Source of the DNA: Ministeria vibrans ATCC 50519
Taxonomy: Eukaryota > Protista > Filasterea
Reading direction: 5' to 3'
Assembly (NCBI GenBank): GCA_943704425.1
Contig: CALSCP010000141.1
Location: 9,567 to 73,566 of the forward strand
Length of the DNA stretch: 64,000 bases
Shown here: in pieces, positions 58,101-64,000 of the stretch
Position numbering within the stretch: the stretch's first letter is position 1
How the letters are laid out: each line of letters begins with the position of its first letter
The notes under the pieces: generated by a model
What the model was told of the DNA's origin: nothing
Databases searched by the model: none
What the model saw: only the letters and a program-made list of their open reading frames with translations
Made by a program: the position numbers and the translations under genes

Positions 58101-58526
58101 ACGTGAACTGCGCAGAGGCGTATGTGCAGCAGGCGCTGGTGTTTGAGGCGGACGGCGACCCCCTATCGGCCCTTGCTGAGTATGACAAGGCCCTGGCGCT
58201 TGATCCCCTCCATGCCGAGTCCATGGTGCGTGCTGGTGCAGGTAAAGCAACTTCCATCGGGATACTTCGTACTCAAAACAACCTGTTGTTACCCTATCAC
58301 AGTGCTTTTGGCGGACGACGAAGTGACCCGCATGGAAATAGCGTCGCGACACCTGCGGGAAGCAGCGCAACTTGACAGCCAGTCGCCCGAGACATGGTAC
58401 TACCTGGGTCTGGTGCTGCAGCGACAGGGCGAGCTCGATGCGGCCGCAGACTCGTTTGCACGTGCCCTCGCCATAGAAGCCACCACGCCCATTGTGCCCT
58501 TTACATCTCTACCTTTGCCCCTCTAA
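55156..58526 (+). CDS. TTC7: TTC7/Ypp1-like TPR scaffold of the PI4KA complex
   Basis: N-terminal LRLEIDKCR, YVPSTRVEEAALLLLL, TPR repeats, PETWYYLGLVL, and C-terminal ALAIEATTPIVPFTSLP. Confidence 0.88.
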
Positions 58527-58681
58527 ACGTCGATCGAGTCGGCTCTTTTTCTTTCTCCTCAATCACTTTCTTAATACTTTCTCCTTTCCCCCTCTCTTGT
58601 TCATTACACCTTTTGGCGCTTTGCGTTGATTATTATTAATTTGAATACGGATGGAGAACACGACACAAAAAATACTCATAC

Positions 58682-59162
58682 TCACAGAATGACACACTTT
58701 TTTTTCCCTCTCGCATTGCTGTGGTCCTGCTTCGAGAGTTTCTCTTGTCGAATCAATCGCATGAGATCCATAAATGCCTAGATTCACGAAGAAAAGAAAA
58801 AAATGGAAGAAAAAATGGATTGGGTTGGGTGAGTGAGTGAGGTAAGAGAAAGAAATCGTGTTGACACAATCGTGCGATACCTTATCGACATTGTGCTTTG
58901 TTTTGGCGGATGTCTCCATGTACGGTACGTTCCAGTCCTGGGCGCGCGCCTTCGCCTCTTCCACAGTCACCTTGCGCTTGTCTTCCAAGTCACACTTGTT
59001 CCCCACCAGAATGAAGGGAATCTTGTCGTTGTCGTGTACTCGCAGAATCTGGTCTCGAAAGTCGCTCGTGTCCGTGAACGACTCGGCGTCCAAAATGCTA
59101 AACACCACCAGAAACCCCTCGCCGGAGCGGAAGTAATTGTCTCGGATGGCGGCATAATCCTC
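58682..59162 (-). CDS. RAL: Ral GTPase, 3' two exons only
   Basis: [53 protein letters not shown] and CAAX CVIL. The exons carrying G1-G3 are not in the window. Confidence 0.88.
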
Positions 59163-59185
59163 CTGTACAAACCAAACCCCCCCCC

Positions 59186-59218
<33 letters not shown>

Positions 59219-59261
59219 ACCAATAGTATGAAGAAAAAAATCATCGGTTTATGAATACAAT

Positions 59262-62200
59262 TCAAAGAGGGTCGTTAGAGTTTGGAGTAGACTGCGAGTG
59301 TGGCTGTGCGTCGCTCTCAGATGGCGACTGGGTCTGGTAGCCTTGCAACGTGGCACGCGCGACGGCCTCGTCCTTGACGGCGAGCCCGTGGTACTTCATG
59401 TGGTCTGCGTCGGAGTGTCCCTTGCGACGCGTTGCGTTCTGTAGTTCACGGTAGAGCCGGAGAGTAAGCGTGAGGTTCTCGCTGAGGGCCGCCCAACGCG
59501 CACTCAGGCTCGATGCTTGACCACTGCGCATCTTGGAGTAGAACGACGAGTCGTAGCCCTCGCGCAGCGTTGAATTGAGCACCTTGGCAAGCCAGGGATC
59601 GGCATCCATCAGACGGTGCGCTGTGTTGCTGATGAAGCGCGAGCGGAACTCCGCCGTGTTGTACAGCTCGACAGGCAACCGCTCAAGCACAGAAATGGTC
59701 ATGACCGCAAGGCTCTCAATCTTGTACTCTTCGCATTCCATCAGCGAGTGTGCATCAACAAACACACGCAGAAGATGCTGGTGATCCATCTGGCGTCCCT
59801 TCAGCACATTCGCCACAGCACGGTCCGCGTGTCGATGGCCCAGCTCGGCCGACGCCGCCAGGTACAGCCCGAGCGTCTCGTTGTGCAGCGATGGAAAGGT
59901 CGCATCGAGTAGATGGCCGTCTGCGTGGCGCTGGGCAAAGCGCACGAGCATCGATGCCAGCTCCTTGCTCAACGACCAGCGTGGATGCGACGCGGCAAGC
60001 ATTGGCAACGACGATGCAATCAGACGCACGTCCTCGCGCGATGCCTCGGGTGCGAGCAGTGTGCCCGCCAGCAACAGAGGCGTCAGAATGATGTCGCCAT
60101 GTGCAAAAGGCACGGCAAGATACTCGAGAAGCTGTAGTGGCGTGCCAAAGCGCTGGTACATGGATTCACGCAGGCCCGACACAGGCATGTTGGCGGGAAA
60201 CACATTAGCAACTGTGTAGTCGGCCGACAACGCCTCCAGTCCATCGTCATCCGCATCCGCGGCAGTCGCCCCGTCGTCTTCTTCTCTCTCAATGTCCACC
60301 GCCTCACCTCTTCTGTCCGTCTCGTCGTCGTCGACAATGCGACGCACAGGTATGTCATAGACGGCTGCCAGAGCCGCATAGGAGCAGATGGGATCGATCA
60401 GTGGTCGACTGGCCAACAAGTCAATCACCTGGGGGACTTCCACCGAGCCACACATGTCGCGAAGGGCATCAAGTGCAGCGACAAAGACGCGCGGAGTGAC
60501 ACACGTGGGAGTGCGCAGAGCCACCGAGAGCGACACAAGAACGTCCTGGGGCCGACGCGAGTGGAAGATGGCGCTCTCAATGTGTTCGTCGGTGAGCGAG
60601 AAGATGCAGTCGCGATGGGCATCGAAGACAGCACGGTAGAGAGGGTAGCACTCGCCCCGCTCAAAGACAGAGTGATCGAGAGCAATGAGATTGTGAATGG
60701 TGTGGAAGTGCTCGTTAAGCAGCACAGAGTGACGCACACTCGTCAGCGACAGGGTCGCACGCAACACAGCGACAAGCGCGCGCACAGAGACCGCTGGGGA
60801 GGTGGAGCTATCGCCAGTCGCGCTCGACCGGTCCGACGACATGCACAAAAGCAACTCCGATAGGTGAGCGTCAACAGCGCGACCATTGGTAACGCGATGG
60901 GACAGTAGTGAGAGTGCCTTGTGGAGTGACCGCTTGCGAAGAAGCAAGCGGAAATGGCGACGAAAGATGTACTCGCCGAGCTGTGAATGAAGGCTGTGGC
61001 GCAAGACGTGCTCGCGCATGGAACTGTTGCCAGAGACACGCGTTGCATCGAGCACCTCAAAGGCAGCGTCGCTGCGGTCAATGTCGACGAGTGCCTGTGC
61101 AATAGGCAGTGTGAATACGCCCGAGACAAGGTCGTGGCGTTGTAGTTGCTGCGCCAGTGCGCTCCTGTGCCGCAGTCGCGGGAGTGTGCGGTACGACGGC
61201 TGACGCACAGTGGTCGCGAGGGCTGCAATGATGCTTGCATGGGACTGCTTCATTACTTCAATGTCACGTGCAATTCCCGCATACGACATGTTGTCATGGA
61301 AGCGATTGCGTACCGCCTTCAATGTGTGCGGGTCGAACACAAGGGAGACCAGGTCGCGCGACGCCATCCAGGTGAGTGCCTCGACAAAATCCTCGATGGG
61401 CACACTCTCGAGAAGACCGCTCGTCTTCAACGAGTGTGTGTACACACTGTCGAGGAATTCATGAGACCAGTTGGGCAGTGCACGCTGCGCTGTCGCGTCG
61501 GGTAGTGGACTGCGTCGACTGCGCTCGCGCGCCTGTTGGATCAATGGGCGGACTGGCTCGGCAAAGTTGTCAATGCTCTCGCTGGCACCCTTGGCATGGA
61601 CGTCGTGAAAGAAGGAATTAGCACCCTGCAAGAGCGTCAGGGAGTGTGCAAGGTCCGTTGTGGGCGACGTGGAGGCAGAAATATCCCTTGGCATGTCTGC
61701 GACACTGCTGCTGTAGTAGCCGCGTGTCGTGAGCGCAAGTGCCATCTCCGAGTGCAGCTGGTATTCGGCGAGCGTCTCGTCTGACAGACCCGCCAAGACT
61801 TGTTGAACACGGTCGGGGCAGCGCATGCGCGCATTCACTCGTGCCAGCTCGGCCCGAAACGGCACATGCGAGGTGAGCGAGGCACGCACGGCAGAGACGC
61901 TCGTGCCGTGTGTGCGTGCCAGCAGCGATGCCACCGTGTCCACCGCGGCGTCCACCTCGCCCACAATGTTGTCCTTCTCGGTCAGCAAAATCGGCTTGGG
62001 TCCGCTCGTGACGGCGGCACGACGCGCACAGCCCGAAGTGAATGCAACCAGTTCGTCAACGAGTGGCATCTGTGGCGTGACATCGCTAATCACGCCGGAC
62101 TGGTGCCAAGTCGCACACAGACGCATAAAGCCCGTGTGGTAGCCCGCAATGCCCATACCCTGTGCCAGCAGCAGTCGCTCCAGTGCGCCCCGACGACCGG

Positions 62201-63299
62201 GCGAGCGTCCGTACCGCTCGCCAAGGGTGTTGCAGAAGTCGTCGAGTGACGGAGACGACTTGACTGGCGACGGACGCACACCAGCAATGGCACCCACGTA
62301 GAGCGACATAAAAGGTTTCAGGTGGGGCGTGCTAGCGCACTCAATGGTTGCGATGGAGTAAGCAATGGCGTCGGAGGCAAGCGGGAAACTCACTACAGCG
62401 TCAAAGGGTGTGGGAGCGAATGCGTCTTTGCCCGTCTCGCTGCGTCGAAGGTGCTCTGCGTGACGCGGTAAAAGAGTATGTGTAATTGGAGTGGTGGTGT
62501 TGTTGCTGCTGCTGCTGTTGCTGCCGCCGCCGCCATCTATTCTGTAGATCTCGTCGAGGAAGGTGTGCGTCGCCATGGCCGAAGCGACACCGGCGATAGG
62601 TTGCAAGACAGACTGCTTGAGAATGCTCAGGAGGAGGCGGTGACCGAGCGCCGACTTGTGCATACAGGATAGCACCGACGAGTCGACGGGCGACGCCCCA
62701 ATGACACCATCGGCAAGCGCCTGGCGCAAGTGGTTCGGCGAGAGGAAACGATTGGTGACGGGGACGAGCGCAGCAATGGCAGCGTCGACGTGATCGACAC
62801 CATGGCGAATGGAATTGGAGACGACGGCCGCTGTGGCCGAGTGCAGCTCGGCTGGCGATAGTTCCGAGGCAATGGTGACAACTCGCGAGATCGGCAGCGG
62901 CTTGGAGAGGATCCCCGAGGCGCGGATCACCAGGGAAATGTCGCCGGGAAGTGTCGTGACGGGCGACAGAGAATCAAGCATTGAGTCGACAATGGCACAG
63001 CAGGCGTCGAGGTCCGTCGACGTGGCCAGGGACGGGTTGGAGACCATCTCGACCAGCTGTTGGCGCAGGACGTCGACGCGCTCCTCCTCCTGAACCGCCG
63101 CAACGAGATCCGTCGCAGAATGTGTCACGCTTCGAATGGCATCCGAGTGCATTCGCCGCCGCCACAGCCCCATCGGGCCGCTCCCGCCGCGCCCCTGCCC
63201 CAACACACCCAGCAGCTGCCGTTGGCCCCCATGCCCACCCCGCATGCGTCCCCAATCAAGCCGTGTTGCGACTGTGTGCAATCGACTCAATCGCAACAT
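59262..63299 (-). CDS. Large intronless hypothetical protein (~1345 aa), probable mitochondrial presequence
   Basis: Uninterrupted 4-kb ORF. The N-terminus MLRLSRLHTVATRLDWGRMR..RRRMHS is Arg-rich and acid-poor; the body looks helical and no domain is recognised. Confidence 0.75.
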   Translation of the reverse strand: MLRLSRLHTVATRLDWGRMRGGHGGQRQLLGVLGQGRGGSGPMGLWRRRMHSDAIRSVTHSATDLVAAVQEEERVDVLRQQLVEMVSNPSLATSTDLDACCAIVDSMLDSLSPVTTLPGDISLVIRASGILSKPLPISRVVTIASELSPAELHSATAAVVSNSIRHGVDHVDAAIAALVPVTNRFLSPNHLRQALADGVIGASPVDSSVLSCMHKSALGHRLLLSILKQSVLQPIAGVASAMATHTFLDEIYRIDGGGGSNSSSSNNTTTPITHTLLPRHAEHLRRSETGKDAFAPTPFDAVVSFPLASDAIAYSIATIECASTPHLKPFMSLYVGAIAGVRPSPVKSSPSLDDFCNTLGERYGRSPGRRGALERLLLAQGMGIAGYHTGFMRLCATWHQSGVISDVTPQMPLVDELVAFTSGCARRAAVTSGPKPILLTEKDNIVGEVDAAVDTVASLLARTHGTSVSAVRASLTSHVPFRAELARVNARMRCPDRVQQVLAGLSDETLAEYQLHSEMALALTTRGYYSSSVADMPRDISASTSPTTDLAHSLTLLQGANSFFHDVHAKGASESIDNFAEPVRPLIQQARERSRRSPLPDATAQRALPNWSHEFLDSVYTHSLKTSGLLESVPIEDFVEALTWMASRDLVSLVFDPHTLKAVRNRFHDNMSYAGIARDIEVMKQSHASIIAALATTVRQPSYRTLPRLRHRSALAQQLQRHDLVSGVFTLPIAQALVDIDRSDAAFEVLDATRVSGNSSMREHVLRHSLHSQLGEYIFRRHFRLLLRKRSLHKALSLLSHRVTNGRAVDAHLSELLLCMSSDRSSATGDSSTSPAVSVRALVAVLRATLSLTSVRHSVLLNEHFHTIHNLIALDHSVFERGECYPLYRAVFDAHRDCIFSLTDEHIESAIFHSRRPQDVLVSLSVALRTPTCVTPRVFVAALDALRDMCGSVEVPQVIDLLASRPLIDPICSYAALAAVYDIPVRRIVDDDETDRRGEAVDIEREEDDGATAADADDDGLEALSADYTVANVFPANMPVSGLRESMYQRFGTPLQLLEYLAVPFAHGDIILTPLLLAGTLLAPEASREDVRLIASSLPMLAASHPRWSLSKELASMLVRFAQRHADGHLLDATFPSLHNETLGLYLAASAELGHRHADRAVANVLKGRQMDHQHLLRVFVDAHSLMECEEYKIESLAVMTISVLERLPVELYNTAEFRSRFISNTAHRLMDADPWLAKVLNSTLREGYDSSFYSKMRSGQASSLSARWAALSENLTLTLRLYRELQNATRRKGHSDADHMKYHGLAVKDEAVARATLQGYQTQSPSESDAQPHSQSTPNSNDPL

Positions 63300-63483
63300 T
63301 GATTTTTTTTTTTCGTGTCTTCTTTTTTTTTGTTTTTTCACTCAAGCACACCAACACTCACACACAACGGTGTATACGTGTGTGTGTGTCGGGTGAGTGC
63401 CTACACAAGTGGCAAAAAAATATGATTGAAAACAGAAAAAAAAAAAAAAAAATTCAATATAATTATGTGACTCGTTTCAGTTT

Positions 63484-63900
63484 TTAAACTGATGACTCGG
63501 ACTCTTTTAGTGCTTCTACGGCCGCATCGCCCAGAAACACTTTTGGGTTGGGTTCGGCCGTGAGCGTCGTAACATCGACAGGCTCGCCGGACATGGGGCA
63601 CTTTCCGTCCAGCTCCACCACTCGCTTGTAGGCACTGCACAAAACAATAGAAATTAGTACGCCTTCGGTCTTGACTTCTTGGTTGATGTGACGGTAGTTC
63701 ATCCTTACTCAAGGTGAGCTGGAAAGCCCGAGGGAGTGCGCACACAAGGGAGATCGGCAGACAAGTGAGCACCAGTGGCGATGCAGTAAGGGAGCAGAGT
63801 GCGACAGGCGCCACAGGTGAGCTCCATCGACGCCAGGGGCGCCCCACAGCTCAGACACGCCGTCTCCGTGTCTACCGCATCCTCACTCCGATCAGGCTTC
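63484..63900 (-). CDS. WDR19: WDR19/IFT144 C-terminal exons (5'-partial)
   Basis: KPDRSE..TACLSCGAPL..LTCGACRTLLPYCIATG..FPA..KCPMSGE matches the recalled IFT144 C-terminus (RRPD..CPFC..PYCIATG..CPMC). Confidence 0.85.
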
Positions 63901-64000
63901 CTACAACAATGTGACAACGCCACATTCAAAACCAAACTGATCGTGAGTACTCCATACATGCGCTGAACCCATGTAACGCGTGTGCTCCCCCCCCTCCCCC

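Noticed and set aside
8622-59162. Functional cluster of small-GTPase regulators and two myosins
   Set aside because: The genes are interspersed with unrelated ones and these families are large; there is no evidence of co-regulation.
1-64000. Alternative genetic code or stop readthrough to explain the broken ORFs
   Set aside because: Breaks resolve with canonical GT-AG introns, and TAA, TAG and TGA are all used as true stops.

Overview
Gene-dense, intron-rich eukaryotic DNA. Gene content (Ral, myosin VI-like, RapGEF, ACAP, IFT144) suggests a flagellated unicellular holozoan or relative; the species cannot be assigned from sequence alone. About 23 spliced or single-exon genes were reconstructed by hand from GT-AG introns, with intergenic gaps mostly 65-300 bp: myosin I, a secreted EAR/EPTP-like propeller protein, glyoxalase II, a cNMP-RapGEF, a giant Cys-rich REJ/GPS single-pass receptor, LYRM, a CUE-CCCH-Smr nuclease, an SGNH hydrolase, a START-repeat protein, MEIOB, TBC1D13, a 2OG-oxygenase fragment, ACAP, REEP, an orphan, MED20, a myosin VI-like ankyrin myosin, FIRRM, TTC7, Ral, a mitochondrial orphan and WDR19. 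The strongest unexplained signal is candidate eukaryotic bicistronic expression. The spliced LYRM ORF ends in a TAATG that overlaps the Smr nuclease start, has no internal AUG, and shows weak-then-strong start contexts. A second AUG-free run of about 690 nt links an orphan ORF to MED20. Other highlights are a reverse-gear myosin with an ankyrin tail, an Arg-repeat prepro segment on a GPS receptor, a sense-oriented intronic minisatellite shared by unrelated genes, GTACGC as the modal 5' splice site, and two places where genes are cut off at homopolymer runs. All family assignments come from recalled motifs, not database searches.
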